64,000 nucleotides of DNA from positions 128,487-192,486 of the forward strand of contig JAPLME010000007.1 of the NCBI GenBank assembly GCA_026387175.1, read 5' to 3'. Position 1 is the stretch's first letter. Every line of letters starts with the position of its first letter. The DNA is from Candidatus Omnitrophota bacterium. GTDB taxonomy: Bacteria; Omnitrophota; Gorgyraeia; 2-01-FULL-45-10. Below are positions 18,385 through 28,121 of this stretch, piece by piece. The notes beneath the pieces are model-generated. The model saw only the letters and a program-made list of their open reading frames with translations. It searched no databases and had not been told where the DNA came from. Position numbers and translations under genes: made by a program.

Positions 18385-19522
18385 AAGGCTCAAAAAATTT
18401 CTTATATTCATCCAGAGCGTATCTATCGGTCATCCCGGCCAGATAATCGCATATCACCCTGTGCTTATCTTCTGTTTTTAATCGGGAATGAGTATTCGGA
18501 GGAAGCTGTTCAGGCTTGTCAAGGTAGTTATTAAAAAGGCTTTCTATAAACCTGTAGGCTTTATTGGCCATCCGCACTACCCGATAATGCTGATATAGGT
18601 TCTTAGTAAGAAATTCTCTCATGGGCCGGCGAAGCGCGTGCATATCTTTTGAAAATGTGACGATCCTTTCCGGGAGATTGACCGCGTCAGAGGCTTTCTT
18701 TACATTGAACTTTTTTATATTAGTTTCTGTCTGAGTTATTATATCTGTGACCTGCTCATTTATAAGAGAGCGGATTATCTGGTACTTTCTTATCTCCTCA
18801 CTCATCTTCGGATACCGCCGGTCAAGGCCCTTCTTCCTGTCGGTCCATAATTTCAGATGTTTCAGATCACCCTCTTTGATGAGCCCGCTGGTTATGCCGT
18901 CGTCGAGATCATGGTTGTCATACGCTATCTCATCCGCCAGATCCACAACCTGGATCTCAAGAAGAGGCGAACCGTCCGACCTGAACGGGCTGACCGGTCT
19001 CGGCCTGTCAAAGGCCGTGGAATGTTTTATAATACCCTCTCTCACCTCATAGGTCAGGTTCAGTCCCGGAAAATTCGGATATCGCTGTTCCAGGAGATCG
19101 ACGACTCTTAGCCCTTGCGTATTGTGGTCGAAGCCGCCATAGTCCTTCATCATATTGTGCAGGGCATCTTCACCGGAATGGCCGAAAGGCGTATGCCCCA
19201 GGTCATGGGCCAGACTGAGCGCCTCTACGAGGTCCTCATTTAGCCTGAGAGCTCTTGCTATAGTTGTCGCTATCTGGCTTACCTCAAGGGTGTGGGTAAG
19301 GCGGGTGCGGTAATAATCTCCTTCATGATTGACAAATACCTGTGTTTTGTATTCAAGGCGCCTGAACGCGGTGGAATATATGATGCGATCTTTGTCGCGC
19401 TGGTAACAGGACCGGTAGCCATGCTCCTCTTCCTTGTAGCGGCGGCCCTTTGTCATACGGCTCTTCTGGGAGTACGGAGCGAGCATGCCTTCCTTTTTTT
19501 CCAGGTCTTTTCGTTTAAGCAT
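18371..19522 (-). CDS. dgt: deoxyguanosinetriphosphate triphosphohydrolase-like protein
   Basis: FRRLEYKTQV, RTRLTHTLEV, AHDLGHTPFGHSGE, DYLAGMTD. Confidence 0.95.
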   Translation of the reverse strand: MLKRKDLEKKEGMLAPYSQKSRMTKGRRYKEEEHGYRSCYQRDKDRIIYSTAFRRLEYKTQVFVNHEGDYYRTRLTHTLEVSQIATTIARALRLNEDLVEALSLAHDLGHTPFGHSGEDALHNMMKDYGGFDHNTQGLRVVDLLEQRYPNFPGLNLTYEVREGIIKHSTAFDRPRPVSPFRSDGSPLLEIQVVDLADEIAYDNHDLDDGITSGLIKEGDLKHLKLWTDRKKGLDRRYPKMSEEIRKYQIIRSLINEQVTDIITQTETNIKKFNVKKASDAVNLPERIVTFSKDMHALRRPMREFLTKNLYQHYRVVRMANKAYRFIESLFNNYLDKPEQLPPNTHSRLKTEDKHRVICDYLAGMTDRYALDEYKKFFEPYERV

Positions 19523-19532
19523 GGGTTTTCCG

Positions 19533-20003
19533 TTATTTACTCTTCAAAAGCCGGTAGACGGCATCGAGCGACTCGGATATCACTCTGGAGCCCGCGGTCA
19601 CAGGCATAAAGTTGGTGTCTCCGGTCCATCGCGGCACAATATGTATATGCAGATGGCCCGCATAACCGGCGCCGGCGGTCTTACCGATATTGAGTCCGAT
19701 GTTGTAGCCGTGCGGTTTTAGCTTTCTATCCAGGATGGCCTTTGTCTTATTTACAAGTCTCATCATATCGAGAAGCTCTTCGGAGGATAGAAGCTCAAGG
19801 CTCTTGACGTGCCTGTATGGCGCGACCATCACATGACCGTTATTATACGGAAAGATATTCAGGATCGAAAAGGAATGTTCCGACCTTTCAAGGATATACC
19901 TCCTTTTCGCGTCAGCCTCTTTTTTCGCGCCGCAGAAGATACATCCTGTCCGTTTTCTTAAATATATGTACTTGCTTCTCCAGGGGGCCCATAACTTATC
20001 CAT
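19533..20003 (-). CDS. HIT family hydrolase (Ap4A phosphorylase-like)
   Basis: LWAPWR, CIFC, PYNNGH, HLHIHIVPRW.GDTNFM. Confidence 0.92.
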   Translation of the reverse strand: MDKLWAPWRSKYIYLRKRTGCIFCGAKKEADAKRRYILERSEHSFSILNIFPYNNGHVMVAPYRHVKSLELLSSEELLDMMRLVNKTKAILDRKLKPHGYNIGLNIGKTAGAGYAGHLHIHIVPRWTGDTNFMPVTAGSRVISESLDAVYRLLKSK

Positions 20004-20827
20004 TATCTGCTCTCCGCTTTCTCTTTTTCCAGCTTCGCCCTTGCGTCTTCGAAGAACGGCGCAGCGAACTCCGAAGACCAGGTCTTTTCGGCGAACGAAC
20101 GCGCGCTTACGTTCTTCAGGAAATTTTTAAAGTCTTCGAAGTAACTGCCGTAAATGTGGAAACTATCGCTTATGTCTACATAGCGACCGACTCTGACATT
20201 CGCATGAAGACTCTTCGAGATCTCTTCGGCCATGATTCTCTGGAGATCGGTGAGGGCGAAGATATTCATAAAACTTGCCTTATAGGCATCCCTTGAGCGC
20301 CAGTGAGTATTCATATTGAGAAGGTATCCTTCGTTATCCTGTTTGACCAGCCTGCACCATATTCTCTGCAGGCATGGCGGGTCGTCTGTGACAGGATCGA
20401 CTTTCGGGTTCCATGTTATGCCCTGCGCCCGCCTTGTGTGGGGCGCAGACGAAAGTTTTTTTATCATGTAATCTATCTGGTCCACCACCATATCCTCAAC
20501 CTCAAAGGAAGCCAATCTCTGATGATATGTGTAGGTCCACTTTCCTTCCTCGGGCCTTATCCAGTGGTCATGTATACCCAGGACGACCTCCTGCCTGTAC
20601 ACTTCCAGGTCCTCAAGGGCGCCCGGGAATGCCCTGTGTATACGGGGCTCTCTCATGGGATCGTTCACCACGATTATCATCGTCGAGTCCTTACTCGGCG
20701 GATCGGAGGGCTTATCGTACTCGGTCTTTATCTCGAGCCCTTCTTTCCAGGTCGCTATGACGGCCTTTTCCCATGCTTCCGGAAGCGTGTCGCCCTCGAC
20801 TTTTAATACCGGGATCTCTTTATTCAT
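20003..20827 (-). CDS. thyA: thymidylate synthase, archaeal-type
   Basis: YTYHQRL, TRRA, PPCLQ (catalytic Cys), WRSRDAY, FMN, SFHIY. Confidence 0.8.
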   Translation of the reverse strand: MNKEIPVLKVEGDTLPEAWEKAVIATWKEGLEIKTEYDKPSDPPSKDSTMIIVVNDPMREPRIHRAFPGALEDLEVYRQEVVLGIHDHWIRPEEGKWTYTYHQRLASFEVEDMVVDQIDYMIKKLSSAPHTRRAQGITWNPKVDPVTDDPPCLQRIWCRLVKQDNEGYLLNMNTHWRSRDAYKASFMNIFALTDLQRIMAEEISKSLHANVRVGRYVDISDSFHIYGSYFEDFKNFLKNVSARSFAEKTWSSEFAAPFFEDARAKLEKEKAESR

Positions 20828-21312
20828 TGCAGCCTCACAATGGTGCCTTTGATTCCTTTTTCGTCCACTTCAAGTATTCCGTAAGTATTGGCTTTAGCAA
20901 ATATGGTATCGGTCGGGCTTCCGGGATTGAAAAAGAGCATCCCATCCTTTTCAATATTTATAGCGGAATGAGAATGGCCGAATACTATAGCGTCGACATT
21001 CCTGAACTCTCCCGCAACGGTCTGGATAAGGTCCTTGGGCGCGCCATAGCCATGTATAAGGCCGATCTTGAATTTTCCTGCAGTGATGATCTCTTTATCT
21101 TTTAGCCGCCGCCTTAACGCCTGCGAATCCATGTTTCCGTATACCGCGTGAAGGTCCTTATTCAGTTTCAGGATGTTATCAAGGACCTCTTCATCAACGA
21201 AGTCTCCCGCGTGCAACACCATATCGGATTTCTTGATCTCGTCGAGTATTGTCTCCGGCAGGCTGTGCGCCGCTCTCGGGATATGGGTATCGGACAGGAC
21301 GAGTATCCTCAT
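20824..21312 (-). CDS. YfcE-family metallophosphoesterase
   Basis: SDTH, HAGD, GNMD, HG, GHSH, NPGS. Confidence 0.93.
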   Translation of the reverse strand: MRILVLSDTHIPRAAHSLPETILDEIKKSDMVLHAGDFVDEEVLDNILKLNKDLHAVYGNMDSQALRRRLKDKEIITAGKFKIGLIHGYGAPKDLIQTVAGEFRNVDAIVFGHSHSAINIEKDGMLFFNPGSPTDTIFAKANTYGILEVDEKGIKGTIVRLQ

Positions 21313-22940
21313 AATACGATCATTCTTTTCTTATTATATAGAGTTAACAGGGTGTTTACCGTGCGGCTGTCCCAGATGGATATCTTGAGTTCTTTGGCCA
21401 GGAGCCTCGCGTTCTCATCTATTCCCTTAAGAGGTATTATCAACTTACTGGATATTTTGTGCTCCAGCCCTTTTACATTCCTTATAAAAGCGACTATGTC
21501 GTTTTCGTTCACATTACGCTCGTATGACTGGGCTATCCAGAAATTTCCGCGGAATGAAGCGGCAATGAACTCCTGCGAGTCGGCGAAGGATCTGACCTCC
21601 ACCTTTGTAAAATGCGGCATCTTTGAATTCTTCATATTAAGCGAGACGAGTTCGTTCGAGAATAGATTAAAAAGCCCTGCGAGCCTTTCCGCCGTGGAGA
21701 GCGCGAATTCCCGCTCAAAGCCGCCTATGTAGGCTTTTATCTCTCCGCGGAAGAGGGATCTCTTATCGATCGCCCCGTCAACGAGCAGCCTCTTCTTCCT
21801 TTCGTAGACATTCTTCAGCCAGAAGTCGAACATAACGTCGCCTATCGCGTAAAAAATACCGCTTCTGGCCACAAGCCCCTGCTCCGAAAGGCGCTGCAGG
21901 GCTTCGGTCACGCCGGCCTGTGTCATATGGATGTGTCTGGCGATCTCAGAGGGCCTCTTTCTGCCATTGGCTATCGACGCCAGTATGGATATATGGAAGT
22001 CTTTGGGCTTAGCGTCTATGAGTTCGAGCATATAGTTCATCAGGTATTGATGTATGGTCCCGCTTGGATTGTAGACAAGGTCCAGTATAGCCTCTATCGT
22101 GATCTCCATGTCGATGTGGCTGGTCATCTGCTCGAGGGCGATATCTTTCATCCTGCATATCATCTTATTCAGATAGAACGGATTACCGTCGGTGAAAGCT
22201 ATCAGGAACTTTCTTATAAAATTGTCGATATCGAATCCGGCCAGCCTGATGCTTATAAATTCATTGGATACCCTGGTCCCGAAATTCTCGACTTTCAGGA
22301 TCTCGAAGTTTCCGAAGAGAAGAGACAATTTTTCCGATATTATTTTACGTATGGCCAGGCTTCTCGAGCTTGACACTATATACATCGTATCCTTCTGCAC
22401 CATTATCACTTTGCCGAAAGCGACAAACGGATTCCTGATGCCGAGGTGTTCAAGATTGTCGAATTCATCCAATATCACTATGCACGGTATCCCGCTCTCC
22501 AGTTTAAGAGTCGAAGTAAGCTCAAGCAGGCATGAATATGCCTGTTCGTATTCTTCATTCTCAATACACAGGTTGATATGCTTTATCGCGGAATGAGTCT
22601 TCGGAAGGGCCAGAGATGCCCTCTCCATCAAGCTGTCGATATTCACGCTTACTTCTTCGCCTTTCTTTGCCAGCGCATGATAAAGCATCGTCGCGATAAA
22701 TTTTCCGGCGAAGGCCCCGAAAGGCTCCTTTATGACCTCTACGTATACGGGGATAAATCCGTCTTCTTTGATAGTATGCAGGAACTGGAGGATTATGGAT
22801 GATTTACCTGCGAGAGACTGGCCGGTAAGCGCGACGTTTTGCCTGTAACCGTCCTTTAGCGCCAGCGTCCTCTTGTTGAGTATCTCAAGGACTTCATCGC
22901 GTCCGAAAAATTTATCGCCCACTACCGGTTCGCTGAACAT
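21309..22940 (-). CDS. archaeal-type ATPase (ATPase_2/STAND-like) with wHTH and C-terminal nuclease-like domain
   Basis: FFGRDE, GQSLAGKSS, ILDEF, TDGNPFYL, HTH around RPSEIARHI. Confidence 0.8.
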   Translation of the reverse strand: MFSEPVVGDKFFGRDEVLEILNKRTLALKDGYRQNVALTGQSLAGKSSIILQFLHTIKEDGFIPVYVEVIKEPFGAFAGKFIATMLYHALAKKGEEVSVNIDSLMERASLALPKTHSAIKHINLCIENEEYEQAYSCLLELTSTLKLESGIPCIVILDEFDNLEHLGIRNPFVAFGKVIMVQKDTMYIVSSSRSLAIRKIISEKLSLLFGNFEILKVENFGTRVSNEFISIRLAGFDIDNFIRKFLIAFTDGNPFYLNKMICRMKDIALEQMTSHIDMEITIEAILDLVYNPSGTIHQYLMNYMLELIDAKPKDFHISILASIANGRKRPSEIARHIHMTQAGVTEALQRLSEQGLVARSGIFYAIGDVMFDFWLKNVYERKKRLLVDGAIDKRSLFRGEIKAYIGGFEREFALSTAERLAGLFNLFSNELVSLNMKNSKMPHFTKVEVRSFADSQEFIAASFRGNFWIAQSYERNVNENDIVAFIRNVKGLEHKISSKLIIPLKGIDENARLLAKELKISIWDSRTVNTLLTLYNKKRMIVL

Positions 22941-22948
22941 CTACACCT

Positions 22949-23713
22949 CTATCTTGATAAATAGAATTCGGGGTTCTGAGGTTCGCCGTTCTTTCTTATC
23001 TCAAAATGGAGCATCGGCTCCCGGGCGCGCCCGCTCGAACCCACCTTAGCTATCACGTCTCTCTGCTCGACCATATCGCCGACCTTTACCATGATGCCCG
23101 CGTTATATGAGTAAACCGTCTGGAAGCCGTCCATATGGTCGATTATGACTGTCCGGCCGAAGCCTTTCAGGTGAGAGTCGCAATAGACTACTTTGCCGCC
23201 GCGGGAAGCCGCGACGTTCATGCCTTCTGATGCCTTTATATCTATCCCTTTGTTGATATACTTATCCACTCTTGAGCCGAAAGACGCCGCGATATTTCCT
23301 CTGACGGGCCATATGAACGTTGCGCTGCGGCGGGCGCTATAATTGACCTTCTTTCCTATGGTGCCGGAAGAAGTTCCCGGTATGGTCAGGATTTTCCCAA
23401 CTTCGATCGACTTGGAATCGCTGATGGAGTTTGCGTTGGCCAATTCAGCCACATCGACGCCGTATAGCTTGGAAATGGACCAGAGCGTCTCGCCCGTTCG
23501 TACCGTATGCCGCGCTGAACCCTGTGCGAATCTGGTCGATATTACGGGTTTCGGAAAAGTTCCGATGGAAGGCTCTATGTCTTCCTGATGAATTATCATC
23601 GGTGACGACGCGTATGAAGCCTCTTTACGGGGATGCGCCGTGCGCGCTTTAGTCGTGGCGCATCCGGTAAACGTTACCGCCAGTAAGCATGCGATCAACA
23701 ATCTCAAGGCCAT
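22949..23713 (-). CDS. LysM/M23 peptidase lipoprotein (NlpD-like)
   Basis: Start moved to 23713 because the upstream part is a tRNA; lipobox FTGC; LysM HTVRTGETLWSIS; NKGIDI, LHFEIR. Confidence 0.9.
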   Translation of the reverse strand: MALRLLIACLLAVTFTGCATTKARTAHPRKEASYASSPMIIHQEDIEPSIGTFPKPVISTRFAQGSARHTVRTGETLWSISKLYGVDVAELANANSISDSKSIEVGKILTIPGTSSGTIGKKVNYSARRSATFIWPVRGNIAASFGSRVDKYINKGIDIKASEGMNVAASRGGKVVYCDSHLKGFGRTVIIDHMDGFQTVYSYNAGIMVKVGDMVEQRDVIAKVGSSGRAREPMLHFEIRKNGEPQNPEFYLSR

Positions 23714-23755
23714 TATACGCTGTCTTTCGTTATTTTTAAAAACATACTGCTCAAA

Positions 23756-23829
23756 TGGAGCGAGCGAGGGGAATCGAACCCCCGTAGCCAGCTTGGGAAG
23801 CTGGTATTCTACCATTGAACTACGCTCGC
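23756..23829 (-). tRNA. tRNA-Gly (CCC)
   Basis: GCGAGCG acceptor stem, anticodon arm CCAGC-TTCCCAA-GCTGG, GGTTCGATTCC T-arm, encoded CCA. Confidence 0.97.
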
Positions 23830-23865
23830 ATCAACTCAATTTAGTACATTGCCCCGCCAACACAT

Positions 23866-24765
23866 TTAAAACCTGGTCATTCTCCTGAAATGATCGAACC
23901 TGTCTTTGATATTTTTATTGGATATCTTCAACAGCCTGTTAACGCTGAAATCCTCTACGGCGAACGATGCCAATATGCTCCCGTATATTATGCTCTTCCT
24001 TATAGTGACCTCGTTTATAGACCTTGCGCGGCTTATGTACCCGACCATTCCGCCTGCAAATGTGTCACCCGCGCCGGTCGGATCATATATCGTCTCAAGG
24101 AGGTACGCCGGCGCTACGAAATGCGCGTTTTTGGAGAAGTAAAGGACTCCGTGTTCCCCCTTTTTTATTATAACGGCCTTCGGGCCGAATTTAATTACCG
24201 CTTGCGCAGCCTTTATCAGGTTAGATTCTCCGCTGAGCTGCCTTGCTTCGGCATCGTTCAATAAAAGAATATCGATCTTATTCAGCAGCCTCTCCAGGGA
24301 CCTTCTCTTCGTACTGATCCAGTAGTTCATCGAGTCGCACGCCACCATTTTCGGCCTCTTCACCTGTCGAAGCACGTTATACTGCAGGTCGGGATCGATA
24401 TTCGCAAGGAACAGGAACTCCGGCTGGCGAAGATGTTCAGGCACATGGGGATCGAAATCTTTAAAGACATTAAGATGGGTCGAGATGGTATGAGCTGTGT
24501 TAAGATCGTAATCATAACGGCCTTCCCACCTGAAAGTCTTACCTTTACTTACGGAGAGCCCGGCGATCCCTATCCCCTTATCCTTAAACAGCTTCACATA
24601 CCTCTTCGGAAAATCCTCCCCCACTACGGCAACGATATCAACCGGGCTGAAAAAAGACGCCGCTATGGAAAAGAATGTCGCGGAGCCGCCCAGTATCTCC
24701 TTTCTCTTTCCGAAAGGCGTCTCAACAGAATCGAGCGCGACCGAACCTATGACCAGAATGCTCAT
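23866..24765 (-). CDS. PfkB family carbohydrate kinase
   Basis: GSVALD, GGSATF, DPTGAGDTFAGG. Confidence 0.93.
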   Translation of the reverse strand: MSILVIGSVALDSVETPFGKRKEILGGSATFFSIAASFFSPVDIVAVVGEDFPKRYVKLFKDKGIGIAGLSVSKGKTFRWEGRYDYDLNTAHTISTHLNVFKDFDPHVPEHLRQPEFLFLANIDPDLQYNVLRQVKRPKMVACDSMNYWISTKRRSLERLLNKIDILLLNDAEARQLSGESNLIKAAQAVIKFGPKAVIIKKGEHGVLYFSKNAHFVAPAYLLETIYDPTGAGDTFAGGMVGYISRARSINEVTIRKSIIYGSILASFAVEDFSVNRLLKISNKNIKDRFDHFRRMTRF

Positions 24766-26051
24766 CTATTCCTCCCGAAACATTTTTCCGCCGTCTTTAT
24801 AGAACAGTATTCGCCGCACATCGTGCAGACGTCTTTAATATCAGGATGCGATGTTTTTCTATATTTATCGGGTTTCGCCTTATCTATCGCCAGCGCAAAT
24901 TGTCTCTTCCAGTTCCTGTCGCGTCTGGCTTTAGAAATAGCTATGTCCCAGTCCATAGTGCCCTTAATTCCTTTTGCGATATCGCCGGCGTGGGCCGCTA
25001 TCTTTGAAGCTATCACGCCTTCCTTAACGTCATCAAGGGTGGGAAGCCTTAAATGTTCCGCGGGTGTAACGTAACAGAGAAAATCGGCGCCTTTGCCCGC
25101 AGCAATGGCGCCGCCGATAGCTGCGGTTATGTGGTCATAGCCGGGAGCCACGTCGGTGACCAGCGGTCCGAGAACATAGAACGGGGCGCCGCCGCAAAAT
25201 TCCTTTTCCAGCATCACGTTTGTTTCTACCTGGTTTAAGGGCACATGTCCCGGCCCTTCTATGATAACCTGAACACCTTTTTTAAAAGCTTTTTTACGCA
25301 GCTCTCCCAGCGTCATCAGTTCCATTATCTGCGGGCCGTCGGTCGCGTCCGCTATCGCGCCGGGCCTCAAGCCGTCGCCAAGCGATAGGGTTATGTCGTA
25401 TCTCCTGGCTATATCGATGACTCTGTCGAAATTCGAGTAAAACGGGTTCTCTCGGCCGTTCTCGATCATCCACTGCGCGATAAATGCCCCGCCCCGGCTC
25501 ACTATATCGAGTATGCGCGGATGTTTTCGAAGCGTATCGATAGTGTCCTTTGTAACGCCTGCATGTATTGTAAAAAAATCCACGCCATCCCTGGCCTGCG
25601 ATTCCAGCACATCGAAGATATCTTCTACGGTGATGTCTTTCACCGCGCCGTATTTCTTAAGCCCGTTTATTATGATCTCATATATAGGGACGGTCCCCAC
25701 AGGAACTTTCGATTTTGCGATGATGGCCCGCCGAGTCTCTTTTATCCGGGGGCCGGTGGAGAGGTCCATGATCGTATCCGCGCCGAGCGAGATCGCGGCA
25801 TTCATCTTGACGAGCTCGCTTGAGATATTGGAGGCTCCTTTGGATGTGCCGATATTCGCGTTTATCTTCGTCTTAAGGCCCTTCCCTATGCCGCATAAAG
25901 AGCTTAATTTGTGACGTATATTTTTAGGTATTGCGATATTGCCTTTGGCTATACCCCGTCTGATAAACTCAAGGCTCACGCCTTCGTCATTCGCTACGCG
26001 GCGCATTTCGGCGGATATCTTTCCTTTTCTTGCCAATTCTAATTGTGTCAC
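24762..26051 (-). CDS. thiC: phosphomethylpyrimidine synthase
   Basis: KINANIGTS, MDLST, SRGG, EGPGHVP, CTMCG.YC. Confidence 0.97.
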   Translation of the reverse strand: MTQLELARKGKISAEMRRVANDEGVSLEFIRRGIAKGNIAIPKNIRHKLSSLCGIGKGLKTKINANIGTSKGASNISSELVKMNAAISLGADTIMDLSTGPRIKETRRAIIAKSKVPVGTVPIYEIIINGLKKYGAVKDITVEDIFDVLESQARDGVDFFTIHAGVTKDTIDTLRKHPRILDIVSRGGAFIAQWMIENGRENPFYSNFDRVIDIARRYDITLSLGDGLRPGAIADATDGPQIMELMTLGELRKKAFKKGVQVIIEGPGHVPLNQVETNVMLEKEFCGGAPFYVLGPLVTDVAPGYDHITAAIGGAIAAGKGADFLCYVTPAEHLRLPTLDDVKEGVIASKIAAHAGDIAKGIKGTMDWDIAISKARRDRNWKRQFALAIDKAKPDKYRKTSHPDIKDVCTMCGEYCSIKTAEKCFGRNR

Positions 26052-26683
26052 TAGATGATAGCCTCTTTTAATTTTCTGGTCGAACTTAACGTTTCTCGCG
26101 ACGAGCAGACCGCTCTTATCACCGCTACCCTCTTAAATCCATTTTGAGCCAATCCGGAAATATTCTTGCAATCTATCCCGCCTATCGCGATAATCGGAAT
26201 ACGCAAATTACGTATTTTTTTTAATGCTTCCACACCGATCGCTCTCTTGGAAGCCTTTATAGGCGTTTTAAATACGGGCCCTACGCCTATATAATCCGCG
26301 CCTTCTTCTTTAGCGCGCTTTGCCTCGGCCAAACCGGCGGCCGTTACGCCTATCAGTTTGCCGCTACCGAGGATCTTTCTTGCTGTGCCTACCCTCAAGT
26401 CCGCCTGGCCTATGTGCACCCCATCGCTATCTACAGCCGCCGCTATGTCGACCCGGTCGTTAATTATCAAGGGAACCCCGTAACACCTGGTAAGCGCCTT
26501 CAAAGCCGACGCTGTTTCGAGAGCTTCTTCCGTAGAGGAATGTTTGCTTCTCAGCTGTAACATATCGGCTCCCGCGCGAAGGGCTTTCCTTGCCACAGCT
26601 ATAAGGGCTTTCCCCTTTAAAATATCTCTATCGAGAATAACGCAGAGAAGAGAGTCTTTTAACAGCTTTTTTTTCGATAGCAT
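26051..26683 (-). CDS. thiE: thiamine-phosphate synthase
   Basis: QLRSK, IINDRVD, GVHIGQ, GPVFKTPIK, AIGGI. Confidence 0.95.
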   Translation of the reverse strand: MLSKKKLLKDSLLCVILDRDILKGKALIAVARKALRAGADMLQLRSKHSSTEEALETASALKALTRCYGVPLIINDRVDIAAAVDSDGVHIGQADLRVGTARKILGSGKLIGVTAAGLAEAKRAKEEGADYIGVGPVFKTPIKASKRAIGVEALKKIRNLRIPIIAIGGIDCKNISGLAQNGFKRVAVIRAVCSSRETLSSTRKLKEAII

Positions 26684-27068
26684 ATGTTTTGAACCTGAGC
26701 CGCGAGAACTTTGCCGAGAGATCGATATCCACGAGTTTAAAAAATTCCTCGAGCACCCGGATAGATTCCTTGACGCGTTCGATATTTGCCGTAAATATGT
26801 CGCGCGCCTTCCGCCTGGGAACCTCGATCTTGAAGTCAGGTATCCTGCCGCAATCGCCCGAAGGATTACGCGATTCTATCAAAACTTCCGCCATTCCCGG
26901 AGATGAATTTATTATGCCCGATATACCGTGGCGGAGAGCCTTTAACTCTTTAGTTAGAGCGGGAGAGTTCATTATAAAACGCGCGATATCCTCGCATACC
27001 CTTAAGCCTTCTCGTGAGCGGTTGAAATTCGCGTCGACTATCCGTAAGATATCTTTTTTCGCGCTCAT
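26628..27068 (-). CDS. ThiD2-like protein (N-terminal domain of cyanobacterial-type ThiE)
   Basis: RIVDANFNRSREGLRVCED, LKALRH, ANIERVKESIRVLEE, RFKTY. Confidence 0.88.
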   Translation of the reverse strand: MSAKKDILRIVDANFNRSREGLRVCEDIARFIMNSPALTKELKALRHGISGIINSSPGMAEVLIESRNPSGDCGRIPDFKIEVPRRKARDIFTANIERVKESIRVLEEFFKLVDIDLSAKFSRLRFKTYAIEKKAVKRLSSLRYSR

Positions 27069-27539
27069 CTATCTGCCGATTTTCTTCAGCACGGATGTGG
27101 TGGAGTAACCTTTAACGAAAGGTATCCTCACTATCTTTCCGCCGTAAGATTTTACGAAATCCGCTCCGACTATATCTTCCGCCTTCCAGTCGGCGCCTTT
27201 TACTAAAATATCCGGCCTCAGGGTTTTTATAAGTTTTTTCGGCGTCGGATCCGGAAATATTGTAATGTAATCTACAAAATAAAGAGCTGATAGGACCATA
27301 GCCCTGTCAGCCTCTTTATTTATCGGTCTGTCTTTCCCTTTTATGGCACGGACGGATGAGTCGCTGTTCAAGCCTATCACCAATGCGCCGCCCAGATTTC
27401 TCGCCCTCTCCAGATACGCTATGTGGCCCACATGGAGGATGTCAAAGCATCCGTTAGTGAACACCACCTTCTTATTTTCGGATCTCAGCCTGGAAGCTAT
27501 CCTTCTCAGCGCGTCCAGAGTTTTTATCTTTTGTTTCAC
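27069..27539 (-). CDS. rfaE2: D-glycero-beta-D-manno-heptose 1-phosphate adenylyltransferase
   Basis: FTNGCFDILHVGH, GLNSD.SV, LVKGADW, GYSTT. Confidence 0.95.
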   Translation of the reverse strand: MKQKIKTLDALRRIASRLRSENKKVVFTNGCFDILHVGHIAYLERARNLGGALVIGLNSDSSVRAIKGKDRPINKEADRAMVLSALYFVDYITIFPDPTPKKLIKTLRPDILVKGADWKAEDIVGADFVKSYGGKIVRIPFVKGYSTTSVLKKIGR

Positions 27540-27551
27540 AAGATCAAAGCC

Positions 27552-28121
27552 TTATTTAAAGAGCTCGTTTTCGATCAGATCGCAAAGTATATGGATTATG
27601 GTGATGTGTGATTCCTGCACCCTGGGAGTGTCCTTAGCAGCCACGATTATAGAGATATCGCAAGCTTTGCCCAGCCTGCCGCCGTCGCCGCCGGACAAAC
27701 CTATTGTGCCCATATCCAGGGATTTGGCTTCCTTGATGGCATTTAGCACGTTTTGGGAATTACCGCTCGTAGATATCCCTATCGCTACATCGCCCTTCCT
27801 GCTGAGAGCCGTTATCTGCCTGGAGAAGATAGTATCATATCCATAATCATTTCCTATAGCCGTCAGGATCGATGTATTAGCGGTCAGCGCTATGGCCGCA
27901 AGCGCGCGGCGCTCTTTCTTGAAACGTCCGACAAGCTCGGCTGCCATATGCTGGCTGTCTGCGGCGCTGCCTCCGTTTCCGAAAATGAGCACCTTCCCGC
28001 CCAGACGAAGCGACTTTATTATAGCCCTGGCGGCCTTCTCTATATTCGCTACTTCGCCCTTAAGGAGACCCTCTTTTGTCCGTATACTGTCTTTGATAGA
28101 TTCTTCTATTATATTTTTCAT
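27552..28121 (-). CDS. gmhA: phosphoheptose isomerase
   Basis: GNGGSAADSQH, NDYGY, STSGNS, QESH. Confidence 0.96.
   Translation of the reverse strand: MKNIIEESIKDSIRTKEGLLKGEVANIEKAARAIIKSLRLGGKVLIFGNGGSAADSQHMAAELVGRFKKERRALAAIALTANTSILTAIGNDYGYDTIFSRQITALSRKGDVAIGISTSGNSQNVLNAIKEAKSLDMGTIGLSGGDGGRLGKACDISIIVAAKDTPRVQESHITIIHILCDLIENELFK

Noticed and set aside
23714-23815. N-terminal extension of the 288-aa LysM/M23 ORF
   Set aside because: It is a translation through tRNA-Gly; the lipoprotein signal begins at 23713.
23756-23829. tRNA as an island integration site
   Set aside because: No integrase, no duplicated tRNA 3' end noticed, and the flanking genes look like core genes.
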